64,000 bases of DNA from Actinomycetota bacterium (GCA_035519495.1 DATIWE010000074.1:12323-76322); one strand, 5' to 3'. Numbered from the stretch's first letter, positions 38,804 through 48,471 are shown. Notes: generated by a model from the letters alone, not told the origin. Made by a program: numbers and translations.

Positions 38804-39278
38804 GCGCCGCGCGCCCGGTGCACCGCTCGCCCGAGCCGTAGAACGTCTCGGCGTTGTCCGTCAGGCGGAGGTAGAAGCACGCGCCCGGCCGCGCCTGCAC
38901 GGCGGCCGCCCACGCGCCGGCCGACGCCGCGACGCTCAGGTCGTCGAGGCTGGTCGAGGGGGCGTCGGCGCCGTGGAAGCGCATCGCCGGCAGCACCGTG
39001 GCGAGCCCCGCGGGATCGGCGTCCGCGAAGGACCCGGTCGTGGTGCGGATCTGCTGTGCCGCCCCCTGCGCGAGCGTCAGGTTGTGCTCCGCGGTGCCGA
39101 TCTGGTCGCCGAGCGGCTTGTTCGCGAAGATCTCGCCGACGAGGATCACGCACGCCAGGCCGATCGTGATGATGACCACCCAGAAGCCGCGGTTCGACCG
39201 CCGGACCGGGACGGGCTCGCCGGCCAGCTCGAGCTCGTAGGCGTCCAGGATCTCGTCGTCGTCGCCCGGCGCTTCCAC
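38778..39278 (-). CDS. single-pass membrane protein, Cys-pair C-terminal domain family (paralog P1)
   Basis: GTG 39276-39278, 23 nt after the VWA stop. TM FWVVIITIGLACVILVGEIF. C-terminus GACFYLRLTDNAETFYGSGERCTGRAALSASQPSW is shared with P2 and P3. Confidence 0.65.
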   Translation of the reverse strand: MEAPGDDDEILDAYELELAGEPVPVRRSNRGFWVVIITIGLACVILVGEIFANKPLGDQIGTAEHNLTLAQGAAQQIRTTTGSFADADPAGLATVLPAMRFHGADAPSTSLDDLSVAASAGAWAAAVQARPGACFYLRLTDNAETFYGSGERCTGRAALSASQPSW

Positions 39279-39301
39279 GTTCCGGCCAGGGTACCTGTTC
39301 C

Positions 39302-40465
39302 TCAGGAACCGATCGCCGCGGCGAGTTCCTCGAGGCTCTCGAGGTTGTGCCCGGACAGGAACACATCGATGCTCGGCAGCGCCGCCGACATCCCGCGCGC
39401 CAGCGGCTCGTAGCGGGGCGACCCTTTCAGGGGGTTCGCCCAGATCACCCGGTGCGCCAGCCGGCGCATACGCGCCATCTGCGTGCGGAGCAGGCCAGGA
39501 TCGCCGCGCTCGAGGCCGTCGGAGCACAGCACGACGACCGAGCCCCGCAGCGCCGCGCGCTGGCTCCAGCCGTCGAGCAGCGTCTTCAGTGACTCCCCGA
39601 TCCGCGTGCCCCCCTCCCAGTCCGCGACCACGCGGCCGATCTCGCGCATCGCGCGCTCGGGATCCTTCGAACGGAGCGTGCGCGTGACGCGCGTCAGCCG
39701 GGTGCCGAAGCAGAACACCTCGACCCGGCGGCCGGCCGCCATCGCCGCGAACCCGAACTGGAGAAGGGCCCGCGAGTACGGCGCCATCGAGCCGCTGATG
39801 TCCAGGATCAGCACGAGGGGACGCGAGCGGGTGCGCCGCGACCGGTACGCGCGATCGAACGGCTCACCCTGCGTGCGGAGCGACCGCCGGAGCGTCCGCC
39901 GGATGTCGAACGACGCGCCCTTCGGCGCCGGCCGGGTCCGCCGCGTCCGTTCGATCGGCACCTTCACGGTGAGGTCGCGGATCATCCGCGCGACCCGGCG
40001 GCGCTCCTCCTCGCTCAGCTCGGCGAAGGACTTCGACCGGAGCACCTCCACGGCGGAGGCAACGATGCGGATCGACGCCTCGTCGCCGGGCTCGGGCTCC
40101 TCGTCGTCGCCGGCGCCCCGCCACGACGCGGCGGTCTGCCCGACGGTGATCTCGAGGCCCCCCGGCAGCTCATCCGCCTCCGGCGGCGGGACCGGCAGTT
40201 GGAGCTCGATCATCAGACCCGCGTCACCACCGCCGAACGAGCGGTACCACGCGTCGAACGCCTCGTCGTAGGTCTCGATGTCGGCGCGGCTCGCGACGAG
40301 CGTCGTGCGGCCGGCCCAGTAGAGCGACCCGCGATCGGTCAGGCCGAGGGCCCCGACCGCGCGGCAGAACGTGAGGATCCTGCCGGTGCCGACCGGCAGG
40401 CCACGCGCGCGCAGGTCGCGACCGAACGCGACGAGCGGCGCGAGCGGGCCTCCGGGCTCAGGCAT
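39302..40465 (-). CDS. coxE: VWA domain protein, CoxE-like
   Basis: 387 aa. MIDAS motif VLILDISGSM. Overlaps the MoxR gene by 8 nt. Confidence 0.8.
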   Translation of the reverse strand: MPEPGGPLAPLVAFGRDLRARGLPVGTGRILTFCRAVGALGLTDRGSLYWAGRTTLVASRADIETYDEAFDAWYRSFGGGDAGLMIELQLPVPPPEADELPGGLEITVGQTAASWRGAGDDEEPEPGDEASIRIVASAVEVLRSKSFAELSEEERRRVARMIRDLTVKVPIERTRRTRPAPKGASFDIRRTLRRSLRTQGEPFDRAYRSRRTRSRPLVLILDISGSMAPYSRALLQFGFAAMAAGRRVEVFCFGTRLTRVTRTLRSKDPERAMREIGRVVADWEGGTRIGESLKTLLDGWSQRAALRGSVVVLCSDGLERGDPGLLRTQMARMRRLAHRVIWANPLKGSPRYEPLARGMSAALPSIDVFLSGHNLESLEELAAAIGS

Positions 40466-41345
40466 CCTCCCCGACCACCTCGGCCAGCCGCGCGACCACC
40501 AGCTCCTGGTCCTCGTGGTCCTTCACGACCGAGCCGAGCGTGTCGGCGGCGGCGCCGGCGTCAAGCCGGTCGGCGCCGAGGAACGCCAACGCATTCGCCC
40601 AGTCGATCGTCTCGGCCACGCCGGGAAGCTTCGCGAGGTCGAGCGAGCGCAGGCGCGCCACCGCCTCCGCGACGTCGCGTGCGAGCTCCGGGCCCACGTG
40701 CGGCGCGCGCGTGCGCACGATCTCGACCTCGCGGTCCAGATCGGGATGGTCGATCCAGTGGTAGAGGCAGCGGCGTTTCAACGCGTCGTGCAGCTCGCGG
40801 GTCCGGTTCGACGTGATCACGACGGCCGGCGGCGTGAGCGCCTGGACCTGGCCGATCTCCGGGATCGTGACCGCGAACTCCGAGAGGATCTCCAGCAGGA
40901 ACGCCTCGAACTCGTCGTCGGCCCGGTCGAGTTCGTCGACGAGGAGCACGGCCTGGTCCCCGGCGCGGATCGCCGCCAGCAGCGGCCGCTCGACCAGGAA
41001 CGCCGGCCCGAAGAGGTCCTCGACGTGCTGCTCGGCAGTGAGGGCGTCCATCGCCCGCACGGCGATCAGTTGGCGCGCGTAGTTCCACTCGTAGAGGGCC
41101 TGGGACGCGTCGATCCCCTCGTAGCACTGCAGGCGGATCAGCCGGCGGCCGAGCAGGTCCCCGAGGACCTTCGCGACCTCGGTCTTGCCGACGCCCGCCT
41201 CGCCCTCGAGCAGCAGCGGCTTGTGCAGGGACAGCGACAGGTAGATCGCGGTGCTCAGGCCGCGATCGGCCAGATACGCGTGGCGCCCCAACGACTCCCG
41301 CAGGTCGTCGACGCTCGAGAACGGCAGCTCGGCCATCGCGCCCAA
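40458..41345 (-). CDS. coxD: MoxR family AAA+ ATPase, CoxD-like
   Basis: 295 aa. Walker A GEAGVGKTEVAK and Walker B LLVDELDRA. Confidence 0.85.
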   Translation of the reverse strand: MGAMAELPFSSVDDLRESLGRHAYLADRGLSTAIYLSLSLHKPLLLEGEAGVGKTEVAKVLGDLLGRRLIRLQCYEGIDASQALYEWNYARQLIAVRAMDALTAEQHVEDLFGPAFLVERPLLAAIRAGDQAVLLVDELDRADDEFEAFLLEILSEFAVTIPEIGQVQALTPPAVVITSNRTRELHDALKRRCLYHWIDHPDLDREVEIVRTRAPHVGPELARDVAEAVARLRSLDLAKLPGVAETIDWANALAFLGADRLDAGAAADTLGSVVKDHEDQELVVARLAEVVGEDA

Positions 41346-41352
41346 GCGTACG

Positions 41353-42240
41353 TCAGACGTTCGGTTGGCGGCTCGCCGGCGCGGGCGCGACCGGCATCGG
41401 CGGGATCGCGATCCCCCGCTCGGCCATCCGCTGCCCCATCCGCTCCCGCAGCAGGCGCTCGCACTGGACGCGGTGGCTCGGCAGGGTCTCGGCGGTCACC
41501 CGGATCACCTCGGCGACATCGGTCAGCTGCGTCACGCCGAGCACCTTCGGCCGTTCCCGGAACCAGTCCTCGAATGGCTGCTCGTGCTCCAGTTCGTCGA
41601 ACAGCTCCTCCAGGACCTGGCGCACCTGGTCGGGATCAACGGAGAGCGCCACGCGGAGATCGACGATCGCGCGGCCCCAGCCGCGCGTGCGGTTGTTCGT
41701 GATCACGATGGCGCCGTTCGGCACCATCGAGAGCGTCCCATCGAACTGCCGCACCGCGCTCGTGCGGATCGACAGCAGCTCGACGGTGCCCGACACGGTC
41801 CCGTTCGTCGTCGTGAGGTCGACGACGTCGCCGACGTCGTACTGCCCCTCGAGGAAGATGAACAACCCGCTGATCGTGTCTTTCACGAGCGTCTGCGCGC
41901 CGAACCCGAGCGCGACGCCGGCGATCCCGGCCGAGGCGACGATTGCCGCCGTGTTCACCCCGAGCGAGCTCAGGAACTCGAGCACGAACACGAACCAGGC
42001 GATCACCACGAGGACGCCCGCGATCAAGCCGACGACCGTGGCCACCCGACGATCGCGCCGTCCCTCGTGGTCGTCGCCGGCGGAGGCCGCGCGCCTGCGG
42101 AACCGGCGGACGTAGTGCCGCGTGATCGCCGTCAGGGCGATCGCGAGGAGGAGCGTGACGGCCAACCCGACCCCGTTCTCTTTCCACCACGAGGCGGAGA
42201 ACAGCGGGATCTGAACGTCCAGCGCCAGGAGCGCGGTCAT
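41353..42240 (-). CDS. mechanosensitive ion channel (MscS) family protein
   Basis: 295 aa. TM helices followed by the MscS beta-domain core GQYDVGDVVDL..GTVELLSIRTSAVRQFDGTLSMVPNG. Confidence 0.85.
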   Translation of the reverse strand: MTALLALDVQIPLFSASWWKENGVGLAVTLLLAIALTAITRHYVRRFRRRAASAGDDHEGRRDRRVATVVGLIAGVLVVIAWFVFVLEFLSSLGVNTAAIVASAGIAGVALGFGAQTLVKDTISGLFIFLEGQYDVGDVVDLTTTNGTVSGTVELLSIRTSAVRQFDGTLSMVPNGAIVITNNRTRGWGRAIVDLRVALSVDPDQVRQVLEELFDELEHEQPFEDWFRERPKVLGVTQLTDVAEVIRVTAETLPSHRVQCERLLRERMGQRMAERGIAIPPMPVAPAPASRQPNV

Positions 42241-42286
42241 CCGCCGACCCTACCAAGCGGCGCGAGCCGCCCGGGGATGCCTCCGC

Positions 42287-43105
42287 CTACTCCATCGCCT
42301 CCACCAGCGCGCGACGCACGAGGACCTTCACGAGCTCGCGCCGGTACTCGTCGCTCCCGAAGGAGTCCGACGGGGGTGCGGTGCCTTCGTCCGCGTGCGC
42401 CGCCGCGGCCGCCGGATCCGAGCCGGCCAGCACGGCCGCCTCGACGCCGGCCGCACGCATCGGCGTGAGCCCCATGTTCGTGAGGCCGACGTGCACCCCG
42501 CCGTTGGATCGCACCGCGGCGACGCCGACGACCGCCCAGTCCTGGGCGCGCCGCTGGAACTTCAGGTAGCTCCAGCCGGCGGTCGCCTTCGGCACGCGGA
42601 TCTCGGTGAGCACTTCGTTCGGCGCCAGCGCCGTCTCGAACAACGAGGTGAAGAAGGCGTCGGCCGCGATCGTCCGCGAGCCGGCCGGCCCCTGCGCCGT
42701 GAACTCGGCGTCGAGCGCGAGCAGCACGCTCGGGAGGTCGGACGCCGGGTCGCCGTGTGCGACCGAGCCGCCGATCGTGCCCATGTGCCGCACCTGCGGG
42801 TCGCCGATCTGCGCCGCCGTGAACGCGACGATCGGACAGAGCTGCTCGAGCGCCTCGCTGTTCGCGAGGTCGTGGTGACGCGTGAGCGCCCCGATCGCGA
42901 TCCGATCGCCGTCCTCGCGGACGTACGAGAGGTCGGACATCCTCCCGATGTCGACCAACATCGCCGGACGGGCGATGCGCAGGCGCATCGCCGGCAGCAG
43001 CGAGTGCCCGCCGGCCAGGACCTTCGCGTCCTCGTTCGAGCCCAGGAGCGAGATCGCCTCCTCGACCGAGCCGGCCCGCGCGTAGTCGAAGGCCGCCGGG
43101 ATCAT
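42287..43105 (-). CDS. coxM: xanthine dehydrogenase family FAD-binding subunit M (CoxM-like)
   Basis: 272 aa. KVLAGGHSLLPAMRLR. The start overlaps the large-subunit stop (ATGA). Confidence 0.85.
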   Translation of the reverse strand: MIPAAFDYARAGSVEEAISLLGSNEDAKVLAGGHSLLPAMRLRIARPAMLVDIGRMSDLSYVREDGDRIAIGALTRHHDLANSEALEQLCPIVAFTAAQIGDPQVRHMGTIGGSVAHGDPASDLPSVLLALDAEFTAQGPAGSRTIAADAFFTSLFETALAPNEVLTEIRVPKATAGWSYLKFQRRAQDWAVVGVAAVRSNGGVHVGLTNMGLTPMRAAGVEAAVLAGSDPAAAAAHADEGTAPPSDSFGSDEYRRELVKVLVRRALVEAME

Positions 43106-45462
43106 GCCAAGGCTCCTTTCGCCTCGCGGATCGCTCGCCAGACGCGTTCGGGCGACGCCGGCTTACCGACATCGGTGACACCGAGGTGCGACAGCGCGTC
43201 GACCACCGCGTTGATCACCGTCGGCGGCGACGCGATCGTGCCGGCCTCGCCGATCCCCTTGACGCCCAGCGGGTTCGTCGATGACGGCGTCTCCTGGGAG
43301 TTGTCGGTGATCATGTGCGGGATCTCCATCGCGCTGGGGATCAGGTACTGCGTCATCGACGAGGTCATCAGGTTCCCCAGGTCGTCGTAGATCGCTTCCT
43401 CGTAGAGCGCCTCGGCGACACCCTGCGCCACGCCCCCGTGCACCTGCCCCTCCACGATCATCGGGTTGATGACCGTGCCGCAGTCGTCCACGGCCACGTA
43501 TCGAAGGATGTCCGTGTGGCCGGTTTCGGTGTCGACCTCGACCACGCAGGCATGCGCGCCGGAGGGCCAGGTGAAGTTCTTCGGGTCGTAGACGGCCGTC
43601 GCGTGCAGGCTCGGCTCCACGCCGTCGGGCAGCGCGTGCGCATGCCACGCCGACAGCGCGATCTCGGGGATCGTGCGCGCCTTGTCCGGCGCACCCTTCA
43701 CCCGGAACGATCCGTCGCTCCAGTCGAGGTCGTCCTCGGACACCTCGAGCTCGTGGGCCGCGATCGTTCGCGCCTTCTCCTTCACCTTCTCCATCGCGTA
43801 GTGGATCGCCACGCCGCCGACGGACAGCGACCGCGACCCGTACGTGTCCATGCCGAGCGGCGTGATCATCGTGTCGCCGTGCAGGACCGTGACCTTGTCG
43901 GGGTCCACGCCGAGCCCGTCGGCCACGATCTGCGCCCAGGAGGTTTCGTGACCCTGGCCGTGTGGCGAGGTCCCGGTCTTCAAGATCACCTCGCCGAGCG
44001 GCAGGCACTCGATCGTGGCGCCGTCCCAGCCGCCGGCCGCGTAGCGGAGCGCGCCGAGGATGTTCGACGGCGCGAGGCCGCACATCTCGATGTACGTCGT
44101 GATCCCGATCCCGAGCTGCTTCACGTCGCCGCGGTCGCGGCGCGTCCGCTGCTCGGCGCGCATCGCGTCGTAGTCGACCAGCTCGAGCGCCTTGTCCAGG
44201 AGCGGCTCGAAGTTGCCGGAGTCGACCGACAGCCCGCAGATGAAGGGCGTCGCCTCATCGAAGGGGGGATGCAGGTTGATGCGCCGCACCTCCGCGGGGT
44301 CCTTGCCGACCTTCCGCGCCAGCGCGTCCATCGCGCGCTCGACCACGTAGGTCGCCTCCGGCCGGCCGGCGCCGCGGTACGCGTCGGTCGGCGTGGTGTT
44401 CGTGAGCACGCCGCGGAACTCGTACCAGTAGGTCTGCGGGTCGTAGGGCCCCATGTACACCCAGCCGCCGAGCTCGGGGATGCCTGGTGTCAGCAGCTGG
44501 TAGTAGGCGCCCATGTCCGCCAGCTCGACGAACTTCATCCCGATGAGCTTGCCGTCCTTGTCGGCGGCGAGCGTGACGTCGTGCAGCACCCCGCGGCCGT
44601 GGATCGTGCCGACGTAGTTCTCGCCCCGCCCCTCGATCCACTTCACCGGCACGCCCAGCTTCTTCGCCAGGCCCAGCGCGAGCGCCTCCTCGGCGTAGAC
44701 GTTCAGCTTCGAACCGAACCCCCCGCCTACGTCCGGCGCGATCACGCGGAGCTTCTGCTCCGCGATCCCGGTTACGCCCGAGAGCGTGACCTTCACGATG
44801 TGCGGGATCTGCGTGGACGACACGAGGGTGTACTCGCCCATCGACTGCACGCCGTAGGCGAGACAGCCGCGCGGCTCGATCGCGTTCGGGATCAGCCGCG
44901 GCTGGATGTAGCGCTCCGTCACGATCACCGGCGCGGTGTCGAACACGCCCTGGTCGCCGGCGCCGCCGTGGACCCAGTGGACCGTGACGTTCGTGCCCAG
45001 GTCCTCGTGGATGAGCGTCGCGCCGTCGGCGGCCGCCTCCTCGATGTCGGTGATCGCCGGCAACACGGTGGCGCGCACGGAGACGGCCTCCGCCGCGTCG
45101 ATGGCCTGCTCGCGCGATGCCGCGACGACCACCGCAACCGCGTCCCCGGCGAACCGGATCTTGTCCTTCGTGAGCGCGTAGTGGACCGGCACCTTGATGT
45201 CCTCGGTGATCGGCCAGACGAACGGCAGCGCGCCAAGGTCGAGGTCGTCGGCGGTGAACACACCGACCACGCCCGGCATCGCCGCCGCGGCCGTCGTGTC
45301 GACCGCCTCGATCGTGGCGTGGACGTACGGCGGGCGGACCATCGCCATCCACACCATGCCGGGCATCGTCCAGTCGTCGATGTACCGCGCCTGTCCCGTC
45401 AGCAGGTCCGGGTCCTCCTTGCGGAGGACCGGCTGCCCGATGAACCGCTCCGTGGAGACCAT
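43102..45462 (-). CDS. coxL: molybdopterin-binding large subunit, form II CoxL-like (substrate unknown)
   Basis: 786 aa. The active-site loop reads AYRGAGR, not the AYxCSFR of bona fide CO dehydrogenases. Confidence 0.85.
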   Translation of the reverse strand: MVSTERFIGQPVLRKEDPDLLTGQARYIDDWTMPGMVWMAMVRPPYVHATIEAVDTTAAAAMPGVVGVFTADDLDLGALPFVWPITEDIKVPVHYALTKDKIRFAGDAVAVVVAASREQAIDAAEAVSVRATVLPAITDIEEAAADGATLIHEDLGTNVTVHWVHGGAGDQGVFDTAPVIVTERYIQPRLIPNAIEPRGCLAYGVQSMGEYTLVSSTQIPHIVKVTLSGVTGIAEQKLRVIAPDVGGGFGSKLNVYAEEALALGLAKKLGVPVKWIEGRGENYVGTIHGRGVLHDVTLAADKDGKLIGMKFVELADMGAYYQLLTPGIPELGGWVYMGPYDPQTYWYEFRGVLTNTTPTDAYRGAGRPEATYVVERAMDALARKVGKDPAEVRRINLHPPFDEATPFICGLSVDSGNFEPLLDKALELVDYDAMRAEQRTRRDRGDVKQLGIGITTYIEMCGLAPSNILGALRYAAGGWDGATIECLPLGEVILKTGTSPHGQGHETSWAQIVADGLGVDPDKVTVLHGDTMITPLGMDTYGSRSLSVGGVAIHYAMEKVKEKARTIAAHELEVSEDDLDWSDGSFRVKGAPDKARTIPEIALSAWHAHALPDGVEPSLHATAVYDPKNFTWPSGAHACVVEVDTETGHTDILRYVAVDDCGTVINPMIVEGQVHGGVAQGVAEALYEEAIYDDLGNLMTSSMTQYLIPSAMEIPHMITDNSQETPSSTNPLGVKGIGEAGTIASPPTVINAVVDALSHLGVTDVGKPASPERVWRAIREAKGALA

Positions 45463-45471
45463 CGTTCCCCC

Positions 45472-45948
45472 TCAGGCCCGGGCGCCGCTGGTCTGGCCGG
45501 CGGCGTCCAGGATCGACTCGACGATGTTCTGGTAGCCGGTGCACCGGCAGAGGTTGCCCTCGAGCGCCTCGCGGACCTCTTCCTCGGTGGGCGAGGGGTT
45601 CTCCTTCAGGAAGCTCGACGCCGCCATGATCATCCCGGGCGTGCAGTACCCGCACTGCAGCCCGTGGTGGCGGTGGAACGACTCCTGCAACGGGCTGAGC
45701 TCGCCGTCGGTCGCGACGGCCTCGATCGTCGTGACCTCGCGGCCGTCGGCCTGCACGGCCAGCAGGGTGCACGACTTCACGGACTCACCGTCGAGATGAA
45801 CGGTGCAGCTGCCGCACGAGGAGGTGTCGCACCCCACGTTCGTGCCGGTGAGCCCGAGCTGTTCGCGGAGGAAGTAGACGAGGAGGGTCCGGGGCTCGAC
45901 GTCGGCCTGGTGGTGCGCCCCGTTCACGGTGAGGGACACGTGCGTCAC
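45472..45948 (-). CDS. coxS: (2Fe-2S)-binding small subunit (CoxS-like)
   Basis: 158 aa. [24 protein letters not shown]. Confidence 0.9.
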   Translation of the reverse strand: MTHVSLTVNGAHHQADVEPRTLLVYFLREQLGLTGTNVGCDTSSCGSCTVHLDGESVKSCTLLAVQADGREVTTIEAVATDGELSPLQESFHRHHGLQCGYCTPGMIMAASSFLKENPSPTEEEVREALEGNLCRCTGYQNIVESILDAAGQTSGARA

Positions 45949-46044
45949 TGGGCAGTCCTCCTTCGCTCGAGAGGAACCGTCTTGGCTGAGCGGCGAGCGT
46001 AATACGGACGCGCAGAGTGCGCGACCCGGTCGCCGGGAAGCCGT

Positions 46045-46668
46045 CTACCAGGAGGGATCGGCCGCCGCGAGCGCGGCGCGGCCGGTGCAGGTATCGCCCG
46101 TGCCGTAAGAGGTCCCGCCGCCGGCGTCGAGGAGCACCCAGTAGCAGGTGCCGGACGGGGCCATCGCCGCCGCCGCCCACGCCGATCCCGTGGCGTCGAC
46201 GCTGATGATCGACGGAGCGGTCGAGGGGCCGTCGACGAACACGAGCGAAGGCTGCATCCGGGCGAGCGCCGCTGCATCGGCGGTCGCGAGCGACGAATGG
46301 CTCGACAGGACGGACCGCGCCTGCGCGAGCGCCGCCTCGGCGTTCGCGCGCGCCTGCTCGTCGAGCAAGGTGGTCACGCCGGCCGGCAGCGCGCCGCCGG
46401 TGATGTCGTGGCTCTGCGCGGCCTCGGCTTGGGCGGCCAGCTGTTGCGCCCGGGCCTCATCCTGCGTCCGGATCCGCGCCTCCAGGCCGGCCCGCCGGGC
46501 ATCCGCGTTGCGCTGCTCCGTCACGACGAACGTCGCGAACGCACCGGCCAACACGGCCAGCAGCAGCCCCACCCCGGCGAGCCGCACCAGGAACGGGTCC
46601 AGGTGGCGCCGGGGCATGACGGGCGCGACGATGCTGAAGGTGTCGTTCATCCCCATGTTCATCCCCAT
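46045..46668 (-). CDS. single-pass membrane protein, Cys-pair C-terminal domain family (paralog P2)
   Basis: 207 aa, start uncertain among four in-frame ATGs (MGMNMGMN). TM LAGVGLLLAVLAGAFATFVV. C-terminus GTCYWVLLDAGGGTSYGTGDTCTGRAALAAADPSW. Confidence 0.65.
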   Translation of the reverse strand: MGMNMGMNDTFSIVAPVMPRRHLDPFLVRLAGVGLLLAVLAGAFATFVVTEQRNADARRAGLEARIRTQDEARAQQLAAQAEAAQSHDITGGALPAGVTTLLDEQARANAEAALAQARSVLSSHSSLATADAAALARMQPSLVFVDGPSTAPSIISVDATGSAWAAAAMAPSGTCYWVLLDAGGGTSYGTGDTCTGRAALAAADPSW

Positions 46669-46704
46669 CCGGAGCTATCGGCAGGTGGGCGCCGAGCCTG
46701 AGGG

Positions 46705-47265
46705 TCAGGCGTTGGGCCAGGAGGAGGCGCTCGCCGAGGAAGCAGCCTGGCCCGAGCACGCCGTGCCCGTGCCGTAGCGGACCGTCGAGCCCGCATCGAA
46801 CGCGTAGAAACAGGTGCCCGAGGCAGACCGCACCGCGATGCCGACGCCCCCGCCCGAAGCGGCCACGCTCACGACGTCGGGGCCCGTCGAGGGAGCCGCC
46901 GTGTACGTGAAGGTCGGCTCGAACGCCTTCATCGCGCCCGGGTCGATCCCCTGGAACGAGCCAGACTCGGCGTACAGCTGCTGCGCGGCGCTCACCGCTT
47001 CGTGCGCGGCCAGCTGGGCCTGGACGTCCTGCGCCGTGCCGATCTGCGCCACCGCGGTCGCGTTCGCCGCGCCGATCGCCTCGCCGCCGCGATGCATGAG
47101 CGTCATGAAGCCGACGATCGCAACCACGACGAGGAGGGCGCAGAGGCCGACGACGAGCGCGAGGGTCCGCGATCCCGGCCTCGAGCCCGACGGCCCACGC
47201 ACCGGCCGCGCTTTCGGGAGCGGGCGCTTCCGCGCCGGTTCGCCCAGCGAGAAGGAATCGTCCAT
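46705..47265 (-). CDS. single-pass membrane protein, Cys-pair C-terminal domain family (paralog P3)
   Basis: Only the last 186 codons of the 661-aa ORF, with ATG at 47263-47265. TM LALVVGLCALLVVVAIVGF. C-terminus GTCFYAFDAGSTVRYGTGTACSGQAASSASASSW. Confidence 0.65.
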   Translation of the reverse strand: MDDSFSLGEPARKRPLPKARPVRGPSGSRPGSRTLALVVGLCALLVVVAIVGFMTLMHRGGEAIGAANATAVAQIGTAQDVQAQLAAHEAVSAAQQLYAESGSFQGIDPGAMKAFEPTFTYTAAPSTGPDVVSVAASGGGVGIAVRSASGTCFYAFDAGSTVRYGTGTACSGQAASSASASSWPNA

Positions 47266-47319
47266 CGCTGCAGGTATCGGACCTCCGCCCGGGTTCCTGA
47301 ACCCCGGTACCATCGCCTG

Positions 47320-48462
47320 GTGAGCGAGATCGCAGATGTCCTGGAGGCGATCGAGTCGCTTTCGGCGAAGGGCGAGCGCATGGCGCTCGCGACGATCGTC
47401 GCGGTCCGCGGCTCCACGTACCGCCGTCCCGGCGCACGGCTGCTGGTGCCCGAGGACGGCGCGCCGATCGGCAACATCAGCGGCGGCTGCCTCGAGGGCG
47501 ACGTCGCGGACATGGCGCGGATCGTGATGGACGAAGGCAGGGCCCGGCTGGCCGGCTGGGACCTCACGGCCGACGACGACGCGGTCTGGGGCCTCGGGCT
47601 CGGGTGTAACGGCGCCATCGAGGTGTTCATCGAACCCGCCGATCGTGCGGCGGAGGTCGCGAACGCCCTCCGAACCGCGCTCGAGGACGAACACCCGATC
47701 TGCGTGGTCGTCGTCCTCGAGTCCGACGCGCCGGACGTGGCACCGGGCTCGCGCGTGGTGGTCCGGTTCGACGGCGAGGTCCAGGGCTCGCTCGGCTCGC
47801 CGGCCGCTGACATCGAGGCGGTCGCCGCGGCTCGGGAACTGCTCGCCGCCGAGCGCTCCGAGATCCGGCTGTTCACCGGCGGGGTCAAGGCGTTCGTCGA
47901 GGTGCTGGAGCCGCCCCTCCGGCTCCTGATCTGCGGGGCCGGCCACGACGCGATCCCGCTCGTGCGGACCGCGGCCGTGCTCGGCTGGAACGCGATCGTC
48001 GCCGACGACCGTCCCGCGTTCCTCACGGACGAGCGCTATCCCGGCGCGCACGCGTTCGTGGCCCTCGACGACCCGGACGACGTGGCGGAGGCGGCACCGA
48101 TCGACGGCCGCACGTTCGTCGTCGTGATGACGCACAACTTCCTCAAGGACAAGGCCTACCTGCGCAGCCTCCTCGGCTCCCCGGCCCCGTACATCGCGAT
48201 GCTCGGGCCGGCGGCGCGGACGCAGCGCCTCCTGATGGAGCTCTCGGACGAGGGCGTCGTCGTCACCGACGAGCAGCGCGCGCGGATCCACGGCCCCGCG
48301 GGCCTCGACCTCGGCTCGGAGGGGCCCGAGGAGATCGCCGGCGCGATCGTCGCGGAGATCGTCGCGGTGAAGCGCGGGCGCGGTGGCGGTTTCCTCCGCG
48401 AGCGGCCCGGCCCGATCCACGACCGGCCCCGCCCCGGCACGGAGGCGCGCGTCGCCGGATAG
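47320..48462 (+). CDS. XdhC family molybdoenzyme maturation protein
   Basis: GTG 47320. N-terminal XdhC_CoxI motif ATIVAVRGSTYRRPGARLLV..GGCLE. Central Rossmann LLICGAGHDAIPL. Confidence 0.85.
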   Translation: MSEIADVLEAIESLSAKGERMALATIVAVRGSTYRRPGARLLVPEDGAPIGNISGGCLEGDVADMARIVMDEGRARLAGWDLTADDDAVWGLGLGCNGAIEVFIEPADRAAEVANALRTALEDEHPICVVVVLESDAPDVAPGSRVVVRFDGEVQGSLGSPAADIEAVAAARELLAAERSEIRLFTGGVKAFVEVLEPPLRLLICGAGHDAIPLVRTAAVLGWNAIVADDRPAFLTDERYPGAHAFVALDDPDDVAEAAPIDGRTFVVVMTHNFLKDKAYLRSLLGSPAPYIAMLGPAARTQRLLMELSDEGVVVTDEQRARIHGPAGLDLGSEGPEEIAGAIVAEIVAVKRGRGGGFLRERPGPIHDRPRPGTEARVAG

Positions 48463-48471
48463 GCTCACGCC

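Noticed and set aside
39302-41345. MoxR AAA+ / VWA pair as a possible stand-alone stress or defence module
   Set aside because: The pair sits inside a coxSLM cluster with XdhC, CoxG and MocA, which is the classical CoxD/CoxE maturation context. No additional effector gene is present.
43315-46002. 895-aa plus-strand ORF
   Set aside because: It is antisense to coxL and coxS, which have unambiguous family motifs. The composition is typical of a shadow ORF.
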